A stretch of 64,000 nt of DNA from the NCBI GenBank assembly GCA_037446635.1, contig JBBIIG010000004.1, positions 44,186 to 108,185 of the forward strand, in the 5' to 3' direction. Source of the stretch: a bacterium (GTDB taxonomy: Bacteria > Zhuqueibacterota > Zhuqueibacteria > Oceanimicrobiales > Oceanimicrobiaceae). The position numbers were made by a program, and so were the translations under genes. Below are positions 1-10,121 of the stretch, piece after piece (the stretch's first letter is position 1; the number at the start of each line of letters is the position of its first letter). The notes under the pieces are model-generated. The model made no database searches. It had not been told where the DNA came from and saw only the letters and a list, made by a program, of their open reading frames with translations.

Positions 1-178
1 TGCCATTTGTTTATTAGGCGCAGGCGCCCGCACCGGTCGGTTTCAAAGTGCAAAATAATAAACAAACCAAACTCAAAAAGCAATAGCTTTTTCAGAGCCG
101 AACTTGTGCAGTGGAATATTTTTATTGAGTTTTTGGCAACTTTCTCTAACTTGTCAACCTGACCCGGAGGAGATAAAG

Positions 179-1438
179 ATGAGATCTCATTTCGTACTGA
201 TAGCCGCACTCGCCGTGTTGCTCGCGCCCGAAACAACGCTAGCACAACCGGATGAGTTGGGTTTATGGCTCAGCCGGGCGCCGCTGCCTACGCCGCGACA
301 GGAGATGCCCCAGGTGTTTTTGAACAACCGAATTTATATTCCCGGCGGGTTACTCCAAAACACGCTGGCGACCACCATTGTTGAAGTGTTCGAGCCTGCT
401 GCCAATCGCTGGACAGCCGCCGCGAATTTGCCGGCGGCCATGCACCATCTCCATCTCACCACGGCTAACCTGCGTCTTTATGTTTTGGGTGGATTTGAAG
501 GATCGGGTTTCACGCCCTCCAATCTCGTGTTTGAATACAATCCTAGCAATAACGAGTGGACACAACTGGCCACCATGCCGACGCCCCGCGGCGCCGGCGT
601 CGCCGCGGCACTGGATGGCAAAATTTTTGTGATTGGCGGAGTCAGTTCATTTCAATTAGCCGTCGGAACGAATGAAATGTTCGATCCGGTTGCCAACACA
701 TGGAACTCGCGTCGTGCCATGCCGACCCGGCGCGAACATCTCGCCGCCGCGGTGATCGATTCTCTCATTTATGTCGTCGGCGGCCGGGAATTCGGAGTGA
801 ACAAAAATACCTTAGAGGCTTATTCGCCCCGAAGCGATACCTGGTACACGCTGGCACCGATGCCCACCGCGCGCGGCGGACTGGCGGCAGCCGCGCTGCA
901 CGGAAGGCTTTACGTCTTCGGCGGCGAGTTTTTTGATTCCGGCGGCTCCGGTGTCTTTGCAGAAGTAGAAGAATATAATCCCGTCACCAATACTTGGCGA
1001 GAATTGACTCCCATGCCGGTTCCGCGCCACGGCATGGGCGCCGCTGCCGTAGGCGATTCGATCTTTGTCATCGGCGGCGGACCAGTTGCGGGCTTCGGAG
1101 TTTCCAATGTCAACTCCCTGTTTGTGCCGCCGGCCATTCCCAGCGCTGTGATTGACGCGCCGCAACGACCGGAACCGTTCATACTTCTGCAAAATTATCC
1201 CAACCCGTTTAATCCGGCAACCACCATCCGCATTACACTCGCCCATGAAAGCGAAGTGGTACTTAACATTTTTGACGTTACCGGACGCGTCGTGACCACC
1301 CTGCTCTCGCAAAAAATGCCAAAAGGGGAGCACTCCGTTGAGTGGAATGCACACCCGCAAGCGAGCGGCGTGTACGTGGGCACGCTTTGGGCAGGCAGCC
1401 GGCTCATCGCCACCAGAAAAATGCTGCTGTTGCGATGA
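179..1438 (+). CDS. Secreted kelch-repeat (beta-propeller) protein with C-terminal T9SS/FlgD-like sorting domain
   Basis: About six kelch repeats (IYxxGG...VE.YDP...W...MPTPR). Signal peptide after ATG 179, preceded by GGAGG. C-terminal LLQNYPNPFNP...TRKMLLLR. Confidence 0.9.
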   Translation: MRSHFVLIAALAVLLAPETTLAQPDELGLWLSRAPLPTPRQEMPQVFLNNRIYIPGGLLQNTLATTIVEVFEPAANRWTAAANLPAAMHHLHLTTANLRLYVLGGFEGSGFTPSNLVFEYNPSNNEWTQLATMPTPRGAGVAAALDGKIFVIGGVSSFQLAVGTNEMFDPVANTWNSRRAMPTRREHLAAAVIDSLIYVVGGREFGVNKNTLEAYSPRSDTWYTLAPMPTARGGLAAAALHGRLYVFGGEFFDSGGSGVFAEVEEYNPVTNTWRELTPMPVPRHGMGAAAVGDSIFVIGGGPVAGFGVSNVNSLFVPPAIPSAVIDAPQRPEPFILLQNYPNPFNPATTIRITLAHESEVVLNIFDVTGRVVTTLLSQKMPKGEHSVEWNAHPQASGVYVGTLWAGSRLIATRKMLLLR

Positions 1439-1469
1439 ACCGCTGCCAGGTTTTCGCTTTAGAAAAATC

Positions 1470-1498
1470 TTGCCTTTCAAACCCAATCGAGCTATAAT
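1470..1498 (+). promoter_or_regulatory. Sigma70-type promoter
   Basis: TTGCCT-17bp-TATAAT upstream of the CDS at 1571. Confidence 0.65.
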
Positions 1499-1570
1499 TA
1501 CAGCCGATAGACGCTTTGTTAACCTTACCCGGGGGATCAAATCAATTTTGTCTCAAGGGAGGAATAAAAC

Positions 1571-1930
1571 ATGGCCAAGCAATTCACGCAAATCGTGGGG
1601 GTAGCACTCCTTGTTGTGGGTATTCTTGGTTTTCTCATGCCGGGTATCGGTTCACTGTTAACCTTTCACGCCCATCATAATCTCATTCACATCGTTTCCG
1701 GCGCAGTTCTGGCCTATCTTGGCTTCAAGGGCTCGGCCAACAGTCAGCGCCTGGGGGCACAAGTGTTTGGTGTCGTCTATGGTTTAGTCACCTTGTGGGG
1801 ATTTATGGGTAATCAAAACTTAGGGCCGCTTACCTTGCATCTCAATATGACTTACAATCTCATCCACCTCGTAATAACTGCGTGGGGATTGTGGGCTGGT
1901 TTCGGAAAAAAACCGGCAGCGGCCAGTTAA
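1571..1930 (+). CDS. Small 4-TM membrane protein (DUF4383-like)
   Basis: GGAGG RBS. Four hydrophobic segments with repeated HNLIH/YNLIH motifs. Confidence 0.75.
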   Translation: MAKQFTQIVGVALLVVGILGFLMPGIGSLLTFHAHHNLIHIVSGAVLAYLGFKGSANSQRLGAQVFGVVYGLVTLWGFMGNQNLGPLTLHLNMTYNLIHLVITAWGLWAGFGKKPAAAS

Positions 1931-1989
1931 CGATTTCCAAAGAAATAAACCACGCGCTCCCCGGGTGAGGGCAGTCGCCAGGCGTCTAC

Positions 1990-2026
1990 CGCCGGTCCCG
2001 TATAGTCGGGATCGGCGTTTTGTTTT
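1990..2026 (+). terminator. Probable intrinsic terminator
   Basis: Stem CGCCGGTCCCG/CGGGATCGGCG followed by TTTTGTTTT. Confidence 0.55.
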
Positions 2027-2147
2027 CGGATGGCTACAAGCCAGTTCTGCAAGTTTGTGCTTGCTATTTTTTCTTCATTCGTTTAATTTCGACCGAACTT
2101 TCCATAAATCATTCTTCCGCATCATTATTAAAGCGAGGTTTGATCGC

Positions 2148-2534
2148 ATGTCAGAATCAAGTGAACTTCAGGCGCGCAACTGGGGCATCTTCTGTCATTT
2201 GTCCGCATTGGCCTTATGGGTGGGCGTGCCATTTGGCAATATCGTAATTCCACTTTTGATTTGGTTGATCAAAAAAGATGAAATGCCACTAGTTAATGCC
2301 GAGGGCAAAGAATCGCTTAATTTTCAAATTTCGATATCGATTTATGCACTCATCATCAGTATCGTAGGGATAGCGACCATTTTCATCGAGTATGAAAGTG
2401 AATTTCTGTGGCCTTTCGCCTTGTTGCTGTTTGTGCTCGCACTTTCACAAATCGTGCTCGTCATCATTGCCGCCGTCAAAGTAAGCCGCGGCACGCCATT
2501 CAAATACCCGCTGACGATGCGCTTCATTAAATGA
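2148..2534 (+). CDS. DUF4870-like membrane protein
   Basis: WGIFCHLSAL...PLLIWLIKKDE...GKESLNFQIS...FKYPLTMRFIK pattern. Start chosen at ATG 2148 after GAGG. Confidence 0.85.
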   Translation: MSESSELQARNWGIFCHLSALALWVGVPFGNIVIPLLIWLIKKDEMPLVNAEGKESLNFQISISIYALIISIVGIATIFIEYESEFLWPFALLLFVLALSQIVLVIIAAVKVSRGTPFKYPLTMRFIK

Positions 2535-3319
2535 AAATAACTAATAAGATCGCTCTAATTACCGGCGCCGCGCGCGGTATTGGGCAAGCCATTGCGCAGG
2601 AACTAGCGCAAGCCGGCGCGCACATCATTGGTGTGGATTTACGCGCGGAAGACCTGCAGGAAACAGCCGCGCTGGTGCAAAGCTGCGGACGCGATTTTTC
2701 GTCACTTGCCTGCAACGTTGCCGATGAAAACGCCATCCGCCAACTGCTGGCAAATTTAATGCAGAGCGGCGGCTTCGATATTCTTATTAACAACGCTGGC
2801 GTGTTGCCCAGCGGGCCGTTTGCCGAACGCAAGTTTGACGATTGGCGCAAGGTGATCGACATCAACCTCACCGGGCTCATGTCGCTCACCCACGCGGCGC
2901 TGCCCATTTTAAAATCGCGCGGCGAGGCACACATCGTAAACATGGCCAGCGTGGCCGGGAAATTCGGCACCGAGGGCGTGGCGGCGTATGCGGCGTCCAA
3001 GCACGGTGTGGTGGGATTTAGCTCGGCGCTGCGGTTCGAGCTGGCGAAGTTCAACATCGGCGTCAGTTGGATTTGTCCCAGCATGGTAAACACCCGCATG
3101 GCCGCCGGTGTGCCACCCAATTTTTTCACGCCGTTGATGCAGCCCGCGGACGTGGCGCGCGCCGTACGCCGAGCCATCGAATCCAACGCCGCAGAAGTGT
3201 ACGCCCCGCGAAGAATGGGATTTCTGGTTTCGATTATGCCGAGTCTGCTGCCGGGTTTTTCGCGCTGGCTCTCGTGGCACGGCAAGGCTTCGCGCGGATG
3301 GCTTACCCGTGAAACGTAA
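2531..3319 (+). CDS. SDR family NAD(P)-dependent oxidoreductase
   Basis: TGAARGIG, NNAG and YAASK motifs. Confidence 0.92.
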   Translation: MKITNKIALITGAARGIGQAIAQELAQAGAHIIGVDLRAEDLQETAALVQSCGRDFSSLACNVADENAIRQLLANLMQSGGFDILINNAGVLPSGPFAERKFDDWRKVIDINLTGLMSLTHAALPILKSRGEAHIVNMASVAGKFGTEGVAAYAASKHGVVGFSSALRFELAKFNIGVSWICPSMVNTRMAAGVPPNFFTPLMQPADVARAVRRAIESNAAEVYAPRRMGFLVSIMPSLLPGFSRWLSWHGKASRGWLTRET

Positions 3320-3353
3320 GAACGCGGGAGAGCTTTCGAGCTAAGATAAGAAA

Positions 3354-4649
3354 ATGACTGAGCGAATCGACAAATACTGCATCGTCGGCGCCGGATCGTC
3401 CGGACTGGCGGCGGCCAAAAACCTGAAGGCGCTTGATATCCCTTTCGATGTTTTAGAAAGGGAAGACGACGTCGGCGGCTTGTGGAATTTCGGCAAACCC
3501 TTCAGCGCCGTCTATCGTTCAACTCATCTGATATCATCGAAGCCGCTCACCGAATACACGGACTTCCCCATACCAGCCGAGTATCCGGATTATCCCAACC
3601 ATTGGCAGGTTTTGGAATACCTGCGGAATTATGCGCGGGCGTTTGATCTTTATCCCCACATTCAATTCAAAACCGTAGTGGAGGAAATACATCCCGCCGA
3701 GAATTTTTGGGAAGTGACGCTCAACAGCGGCGAAACGAGGCGCTACCGCGGGGTCATCATTGCCAATGGCCATTTGTGGGATCCAAAATTTCCGGACTAT
3801 CCCGGCCGCTTCGATGGCGTCGCCCTGCACTCTAAAAATTACAAAACCCCGGAGGTGCTGCGAGACAAGCGCGTACTCGTGGTTGGCGCCGGCAACTCTG
3901 GCTGCGACATCGCGGTGGAGTCGGCGCAAAACGCCGCGCGCACGTTCCACAGTGTGCGGCGAGGTTATTACTACATTCCTAAATATCTCTTCGGGAAACC
4001 GGCGGATCAAATTGGTGAAGTTGCGCTGAAACTGCGGCTGCCGGTTTCCGTGCGCCGCGCCATCAACGGCGCGCTGCTGCGGCTGCTGCACGGCCAGCCG
4101 GAAAATTTCGGCCTGCCCAAGCCGGATCATAAATTATTTGAAACCCATCCCATCATCAATTCGCAGATTTTTTATTATCTCGGCCACGGCGACATCATCC
4201 AGAAGCCGGACGTAGCAGAACTGCGCTGTAAGCGCGTGCGCTTCAAAGAGGTCAGGGAAGAGCAGATCGACGTCATCATCTACGCCACCGGCTTTAACAT
4301 CACAATTCCATTTCTCGACAAAGCCCACTTGAACTGGCGCAACGGCCACCCGGCGTTTTATTTGAACGTGTTTCATCCGCAATATGATAATTTGTTTTTG
4401 GCAGGATTCATTCAGCCGGACAGCGGCCAGTGGGGGCTGGTGGATTATCAAACGCAGCTCATCGCCAAATTCATTCGCGCGCAAACTCACGCGCCGCAGA
4501 AGGCCGCGGCGTTTCGAAAATTGAAGGCGGGGCCGCTGCCCTATCTCGGCGGCCGGATTCGATATGTCAATTCCACGAGGCATTATTTGGAGGTGGAGCA
4601 TTTCAGCTACCGGCAGCGGCTCAAGAAACTGGCCAAAAAGCTCGCTTAG
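3354..4649 (+). CDS. Flavin-containing monooxygenase (FMO-like)
   Basis: GAGSSG FAD motif, FxGxxxHSxxYK FMO fingerprint, GAGNSG NADPH motif, ATGF. Confidence 0.92.
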   Translation: MTERIDKYCIVGAGSSGLAAAKNLKALDIPFDVLEREDDVGGLWNFGKPFSAVYRSTHLISSKPLTEYTDFPIPAEYPDYPNHWQVLEYLRNYARAFDLYPHIQFKTVVEEIHPAENFWEVTLNSGETRRYRGVIIANGHLWDPKFPDYPGRFDGVALHSKNYKTPEVLRDKRVLVVGAGNSGCDIAVESAQNAARTFHSVRRGYYYIPKYLFGKPADQIGEVALKLRLPVSVRRAINGALLRLLHGQPENFGLPKPDHKLFETHPIINSQIFYYLGHGDIIQKPDVAELRCKRVRFKEVREEQIDVIIYATGFNITIPFLDKAHLNWRNGHPAFYLNVFHPQYDNLFLAGFIQPDSGQWGLVDYQTQLIAKFIRAQTHAPQKAAAFRKLKAGPLPYLGGRIRYVNSTRHYLEVEHFSYRQRLKKLAKKLA

Positions 4650-4723
4650 ATTTATTCTTGCTTCTACTTTTTTTCGCGAGTCAGAAACTTTGATTATTGT
4701 AAACCCAATTTACAAAGGAGCAT

Positions 4724-4752
4724 GTAGGGAACGCATAGTATGCGTTCCCTAC
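4724..4752. repeat. REP-like perfect palindrome (GTAG...CTAC)
   Basis: GTAGGGAACGCATA-G-TATGCGTTCCCTAC, 14-bp arms. Confidence 0.8.
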
Positions 4753-4805
4753 GTAAGTTAAGAACCCCCTGATTTGCTTTAGTTTGAAAATATTTTGCGC
4801 CATAC

Positions 4806-4838
4806 AAAAAGCCGCCGGCTCTTGGTCCAGCGGCTTTT
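4806..4838. terminator. Bidirectional-type terminator hairpin
   Basis: AAAAAGCCGC...GCGGCTTTT. Confidence 0.6.
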
Positions 4839-4913
4839 CTGTTTAAAAAAAATTGGGATGGGAACGGGACTCAAATCCTGTTTGATATTTTGATAGATAG
4901 CGGGAACGACGCC

Positions 4914-7511
4914 ATGATCGGTGACACCATTTCACATTACAAAATCGAAGAAAAGTTAGGCGCCGGCGGGATGGGCGTGGTGTACAAAGCCCGCGATGTT
5001 CTGCTGGATCGCTTCGTGGCGCTCAAGTTTTTGCCGGCCCAAGTTGGCGGCAACGGCGAAGAAAAGCAGCGTTTCATTCTGGAGGCCAAAACCGCGTCGT
5101 CCCTCGACCACACCAACATCTGCACCATTTACGAAATCGACCAAACAGTTGATGGCCAGATGTTCATCGCCATGGCCTACTACGACGGCGAAACGCTGAA
5201 AGAAAAAATCGCGCGCGGGGTGCTCACCACCAACGCCGCCATCGACCTCGCCATGCAAATCGCGCAGGGGCTCGCCCGCGCCCACAAAGCCGGCATCATT
5301 CACCGCGATATTAAACCGGAGAACATCATCGTCACCAAAGAGGGCGCGGCCAAGATTGTGGATTTCGGATTGGCGAAACTGGCGTCCTCAACTAAAATCA
5401 CCGAAAGCGATACCACGATGGGCACCCTCGCCTACATGTCCCCCGAACTTTTACACGGCGAGAACAGCGACCATCGCGCTGACATCTGGTCGCTGGGCGT
5501 GGTGCTGTATGAAATGCTCACCGGCCGCCTGCCCTTTCATGGCGAGCCGAACGCCGCCATGTCGTTGGCCTACGCGATTCTGAACCATGAGCCGGAGCCG
5601 CTGGCGCGCTATAAAGCCGGCCTCTCGGCGGAGATGCAGCGCATCATGGATAAAGCGCTGGACAAAGATCCCGAGACCCGTTTCCAAAGCGCTGATGAAT
5701 TTTTAGCAGATTTAAAACGCGAACGCAAAACCACCTCGCAAAAAATCAATCTCATCCCCTCTGTTCCAAAAATCAAAAAGCGGACAAAATTATCCTGGCT
5801 GCTGGCGCTGCCGGCGGCCGTGCTCGCCGCCTGGGCCGTTTATCAATTCAGTACGAAACCGGTTCCGCCCGATCCCGCGATGCACAAGCAGGTGACGTTT
5901 GTGGGCGACGCCGCCCTGCCGGCCATTTCTCCCGACGGCCAGTTTATCGCCTACGTGGTGGGCAAAAGCGGCGAGCAACGGGTGATGGTGCAAGACCTGC
6001 TGAGCGGCAAAGTTTTGGAGGTGTACCCGGCAACCACCCGCATCGGCTCGCTGCTGTGGTCCTCGGATGGAGCCGAGCTGATGTTTTGGATTATGGCAGT
6101 GGATTCGATTTTTAAAACGGTCATCGTGCCGCGATTGGGCGGCCCGGCGCGCACCTTGATGGCTGCCGGCGACCTGAGTTGGTCGCCGGATCGCCGCCGC
6201 ATCGCCAGTCTCAATTGGTACACCAAAAAAATTTTCCTGACCACCGTTGGCACCGAGCACACCTCTGCCATTGATGTTGCTGGCGATTTCATCTGGATGC
6301 ATGAACTCGAATGGTCGCCGGCTGGCGATCGCCTGCTGTTTCTCACCGAGGACGGGGACGGCCAGTACACCATTTGGACGATCAAAGTCGATGGTAGCCA
6401 GCAGCAGCCGGTCATCAGCGACAGCGTGATGCTGCCGTCGCCGCGCTGGTCCGCGGCCAGCGACGCCATTTACTTTCTGCGCTGGAACGGACAAACCAAA
6501 GATTTGATGAAAATCAACATTGACCGCGCCAGCGGCAAAGCCGTCCGCGGCCCGCGGGTGCTGCACAGCGGCTTGCAGGCCGGCAACTACTTCACGATCT
6601 CCAAAGACAATCGCCGCATGTTATACACCCGGGAATCGATGGCGTCAAACCTTTGGCTGGTTCAGCTTGATCGTTCGCAAAAAACGACTTCTTTAAAAAC
6701 CACCAAGCTCACCACCAGCACCTCGAGTCTGGGGCCAGCGCGTATTTCTCCGGATGGCCAATGGCTGGCGTTCAGCATGGGCGACCCTTCGGTGAGCAAC
6801 CTTTTTGTGATACCCTTGGCCGGCGGCGCGGCGCAGCAGCTCACGTTTCTCAGCTCATTTAACACCAGTGCGGTGTGGAGTCCGGATGGAAATGAGATCG
6901 CCTTTGGCTCCAATCAAAATGGCAAATTTCGAGTTTGGAAAATTCCGGCGCGGGGCGGCACGCCGCAGCCGTTTGCTCAAAGCGAGTTAAGCTCGAACTC
7001 CATTGGACTCAGTTGGGCGCCGGGAAAACATATTTTGTACCAACGTCCGGGAAACCGCAATTTCCACTTCATCAATCCCCAAACCGGCGAGGAGACGCCG
7101 CTGCTCCGCCACCCCGAACTGGGCTGGACGTTTATCCCCCGCTACTCGCCCGACGGCTCGCAAGTGGTGCTGTTTTGGAATCGCAAAGGCACGCGCGAAG
7201 ACGGCTTGTGGGTGCTGTCGCTGGCGGACTCTTCACAAACTCTGATTTACCGCGGCAGCCTTCTGCCAATCGAATGGTCGGCTGATGGCCGGTGGATCTT
7301 TGCGTGGGACCCCAACCACAAGCCTTTTGAAATCCGCATGATTCCCGTTCACGGCGGCCCGGCCAAAACCCTCGTGACGCTGCCGTTCGAAAACATCTCC
7401 CCAGACAACGGCATCGCCATGACCCCGAACAGCCGCCAGATCGTCTGCACGGTCGTGGCCAGCCAATCTGACATTTGGGTGATGGAAACATTTGATCCGG
7501 AAATAAAATAG
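4914..7511 (+). CDS. Hanks-type Ser/Thr protein kinase with TM helix and TolB-like (PD40) beta-propeller
   Basis: LGAGGMGVVY, VALK, HRDIKPEN, DFGLA, GTLAYMSPE; TM segment; repeated WSPDG motifs. Start at ATG 4914 chosen by family pattern. Confidence 0.93.
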   Translation: MIGDTISHYKIEEKLGAGGMGVVYKARDVLLDRFVALKFLPAQVGGNGEEKQRFILEAKTASSLDHTNICTIYEIDQTVDGQMFIAMAYYDGETLKEKIARGVLTTNAAIDLAMQIAQGLARAHKAGIIHRDIKPENIIVTKEGAAKIVDFGLAKLASSTKITESDTTMGTLAYMSPELLHGENSDHRADIWSLGVVLYEMLTGRLPFHGEPNAAMSLAYAILNHEPEPLARYKAGLSAEMQRIMDKALDKDPETRFQSADEFLADLKRERKTTSQKINLIPSVPKIKKRTKLSWLLALPAAVLAAWAVYQFSTKPVPPDPAMHKQVTFVGDAALPAISPDGQFIAYVVGKSGEQRVMVQDLLSGKVLEVYPATTRIGSLLWSSDGAELMFWIMAVDSIFKTVIVPRLGGPARTLMAAGDLSWSPDRRRIASLNWYTKKIFLTTVGTEHTSAIDVAGDFIWMHELEWSPAGDRLLFLTEDGDGQYTIWTIKVDGSQQQPVISDSVMLPSPRWSAASDAIYFLRWNGQTKDLMKINIDRASGKAVRGPRVLHSGLQAGNYFTISKDNRRMLYTRESMASNLWLVQLDRSQKTTSLKTTKLTTSTSSLGPARISPDGQWLAFSMGDPSVSNLFVIPLAGGAAQQLTFLSSFNTSAVWSPDGNEIAFGSNQNGKFRVWKIPARGGTPQPFAQSELSSNSIGLSWAPGKHILYQRPGNRNFHFINPQTGEETPLLRHPELGWTFIPRYSPDGSQVVLFWNRKGTREDGLWVLSLADSSQTLIYRGSLLPIEWSADGRWIFAWDPNHKPFEIRMIPVHGGPAKTLVTLPFENISPDNGIAMTPNSRQIVCTVVASQSDIWVMETFDPEIK

Positions 7512-7552
7512 TTTATATTACTCTCCGCAAAACCTGCCGTTTTTAACAAAGC

Positions 7553-7637
7553 TGTCATCGCGAGCGTTTTTTGCGAAGTGATCTGGTGATTTTGAGCGTG
7601 GAGACTGCTTCGGCAAACAACGGCCCGCGCAGTGACA
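7553..7637. repeat. TGTCA...TGACA palindromic intergenic element
   Basis: TGTCATCGCGAG...GAAGTGATCT...AGACTGCTTC...CGCGCAGTGACA. A related copy starts at 63456. Confidence 0.7.
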
Positions 7638-7690
7638 TTGGCTTTTTAAACAGCCCCCTACGTACAAATCTTATTCGAGGAGGGAAAGCG

Positions 7691-8704
7691 ATGAACTCAA
7701 AAAAAATTTTTGTTTCTGCGCTTATCTTGCTGATGGTGGTCATCTTTGGCATCATCATTTCTTCGCGCTATGAAAACGTCAGCGGCTCCACCACGCCGGA
7801 GCCGAAATATTTTCTCACCGCCGATCAAAGCCACAACAAATTCAGCGCTAGCATTCCGCCAGTGTTGACCGTGCCATCGGGCGCGGTGATTGAAGTGCAC
7901 ACCGAAGAAGCCACCGACGGCCAACTCAACATCAACTCCACTTCCGCCGATGTGCCGAATGTCAAATTCGATCCCATTCACCCACTCACCGGCCCGGTAT
8001 TTGTGGAGGGCGCCGAACCCGGCGACGTGCTGGCGGTGAAGCTTCATAAAATTGAAATTGGCGATTGGGGCTGGGCCGGCATTTTTCCCGGCTTCGGATT
8101 TTTGGCGGAGGAATTCAGCGAGCCGCTTTTGAAAACCTTCAAACTCGGCAAAGACGCCGCCGTGGCGCATTTCAATGACAAAATCAAAATTCCACTGAAG
8201 CCGTTTGCCGGCGTGATGGGCGTGGCGCCGGCCACTGACTCCCTCCTCTCCACCATTCCGCCGCGCGCCAACGGCGGCAACATGGATGATCCCAATCTCG
8301 TGGAAGGCACCACGGTTTACTTCCCGGTGTTTGTCAAAGGCGCGCTGTTTTCCATCGGCGACACCCACGCCGCTCAGGGACTCGGCGAAGTGTGCGGCAC
8401 CGCCATCGAAGCGCCGATGCGCATTGTTTATCAGGTGGACGTCATCAAAAATAAAAAGATGGCCGAGCCGCAGTACGAAACCGCCGACTACTACGCGGTG
8501 ACCGGCTTCGCCACCACCATCGATGAAGCCGCGAAAAAAGCCACGCGCTACATGATCGATTACCTCGTCAATGAGCACGGTCTCACGCGCAACGAGGCCT
8601 ACGTTCTCTGCTCACTGGCGGCCGATCTGAAAATCGCGGAGGTGGTGGATGTGCCGCACGTGCTGGTGACGATGCACATCTCGAAGAAGGTGCTGGGAAT
8701 GTAA
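7691..8704 (+). CDS. Acetamidase/formamidase family protein with N-terminal anchor
   Basis: HPLTGPVFVEGAEPGD, GGNMD, GDTHAAQGxGEV motifs. Confidence 0.92.
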   Translation: MNSKKIFVSALILLMVVIFGIIISSRYENVSGSTTPEPKYFLTADQSHNKFSASIPPVLTVPSGAVIEVHTEEATDGQLNINSTSADVPNVKFDPIHPLTGPVFVEGAEPGDVLAVKLHKIEIGDWGWAGIFPGFGFLAEEFSEPLLKTFKLGKDAAVAHFNDKIKIPLKPFAGVMGVAPATDSLLSTIPPRANGGNMDDPNLVEGTTVYFPVFVKGALFSIGDTHAAQGLGEVCGTAIEAPMRIVYQVDVIKNKKMAEPQYETADYYAVTGFATTIDEAAKKATRYMIDYLVNEHGLTRNEAYVLCSLAADLKIAEVVDVPHVLVTMHISKKVLGM

Positions 8705-8873
8705 ACTTATTATAGGTGCATCTATCATTTGAAGGTAGAGGAGGTAATCTAATGAAAACGAAACTTCGTCTAGCAAAAATGTTCTTTGCCCTTTTGAACA
8801 GAATGAATTAATCGCGATTGTCGAAGGCACCAAAGGGGATATCGTCGTCGCGACGACCCAGAAATAATAAACG

Positions 8874-8913
8874 GCGCGCTGGGCCGCAAGCCTGCGCGCT
8901 GGGCCGCAAGCCT
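8874..8913. repeat. 20-bp tandem duplication
   Basis: GCGCGCTGGGCCGCAAGCCT occurs twice, exactly, between convergent genes. Confidence 0.85.
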
Positions 8914-8982
8914 GGAACCCGTGCCGCCGAATTTTTTGCTCAGGTTTGCGGCTCTCCCCTTTAACAATAAATATTTCACCGC

Positions 8983-10053
8983 TTAGTAAAAAATATCCCA
9001 AATCGATCCGCTTTTCCGGCCATACTTTCTAAACCAGTCTTTGTAGCGCTTCTGAGTGATGATCCCGATGGGGCCGTCGTAAATTCCGCCGCCAATCAGC
9101 CCATCAAACACCCGCACCGCGATGACGTTTTCTCCGTCAAATTTGAGATGCTCACGCGGGATGTAATAAGCTCGCAGCTCCAACCACTCATCCCCGCGAA
9201 TGGAGATGCGGCTGCGATTTTGGTAGATGCGTCCAGTGCGGCCGATGTGCTCGCCGTTGAGATAGACTTCGTCCAAATCATCAATTTTTCCAAGCAGTAG
9301 AATCAGATTTTCGTTTCCGTACTCTTTGCTGAGCCGGAATTTTTTACGATACCAGGCAAAGCCATCGTAGTCCGGATATCCCTGGGTTTCCCAATTTAAC
9401 GGCACCAGGATCGGGCGCCAATTATTGTCATTGAATTCCGGCTTTTTCCACGTCATGTCATCGCCAGGTGAAAATTTCCACAAACCAGCAAGCGGGGTGT
9501 CCGGAGTTAACGGATTCTTTTGCTCGAACAATCCCACCTGACCTCGCACAATTCCCCCTTCCAACTGTTCATCAAACACGCGCACCGCGATGAGGTTCTC
9601 CCCCGAAAAATTAAGATACTCGGTGGGCAGAATATAAATGCGATTAACGTGGTAGGCTGTGAAATATTCCGGCGGAAAGCTGCCGCTGAAGCCAATGAAA
9701 TGGCCGTTCAAAAAAATTTGATCCACGTCATCGATATACCCTAAGTGTAAATAGAGGGTTTTTCCCCGAATATCGGGAGACAGGGTGAAACGTTTACGAT
9801 ACCAGGCATAGCCGTCGTAGCCGGGGAAGCCCTCGTCTTCCCAACTGGAGGGCACGAAAATGTTCTGCCAATTGCGATCGTCCAAATTCGGCTGCGCCCA
9901 CTGCGGGTTGTCGCCGATTTCAAATTTCCATTGTCCGCGTAAATCCAGCAGGCGAATCCAATCGTCCCCCTGTGCAAAGTTTGGAAATATCGCCCCCGTT
10001 AAAAGTAAAATTAGAAACCCACGAATTTTCAAATGTCCAGGGAGCTTAATCAT
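8983..10053 (-). CDS. Secreted protein with two beta-galactosidase jelly-roll (GH2 sugar-binding-like) domains
   Basis: Two internal repeats of L.G.WKF..GD...W...YDG.AWYRK.F...LG.IDD.D...NG...ENxIAVRVFD; signal peptide. Confidence 0.85.
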   Translation of the reverse strand: MIKLPGHLKIRGFLILLLTGAIFPNFAQGDDWIRLLDLRGQWKFEIGDNPQWAQPNLDDRNWQNIFVPSSWEDEGFPGYDGYAWYRKRFTLSPDIRGKTLYLHLGYIDDVDQIFLNGHFIGFSGSFPPEYFTAYHVNRIYILPTEYLNFSGENLIAVRVFDEQLEGGIVRGQVGLFEQKNPLTPDTPLAGLWKFSPGDDMTWKKPEFNDNNWRPILVPLNWETQGYPDYDGFAWYRKKFRLSKEYGNENLILLLGKIDDLDEVYLNGEHIGRTGRIYQNRSRISIRGDEWLELRAYYIPREHLKFDGENVIAVRVFDGLIGGGIYDGPIGIITQKRYKDWFRKYGRKSGSIWDIFY

Positions 10054-10085
10054 CCTTGCACCTTCTGAGAAAAGTATCAAAATTA

Positions 10086-10118
10086 GCAGGGAGCGCTTTT
10101 TCGAAAACCGCTCCCTGC
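10086..10118. repeat. Hairpin (possible terminator/attenuator)
   Basis: GCAGGGAGCG...CGCTCCCTGC, perfect 10-bp stem. Confidence 0.55.
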
Positions 10119-10121
10119 ATC

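Noticed and set aside
1945..2026. Riboswitch upstream of the DUF4870-like gene
   Set aside because: No recognisable aptamer consensus; a plain terminator explains it
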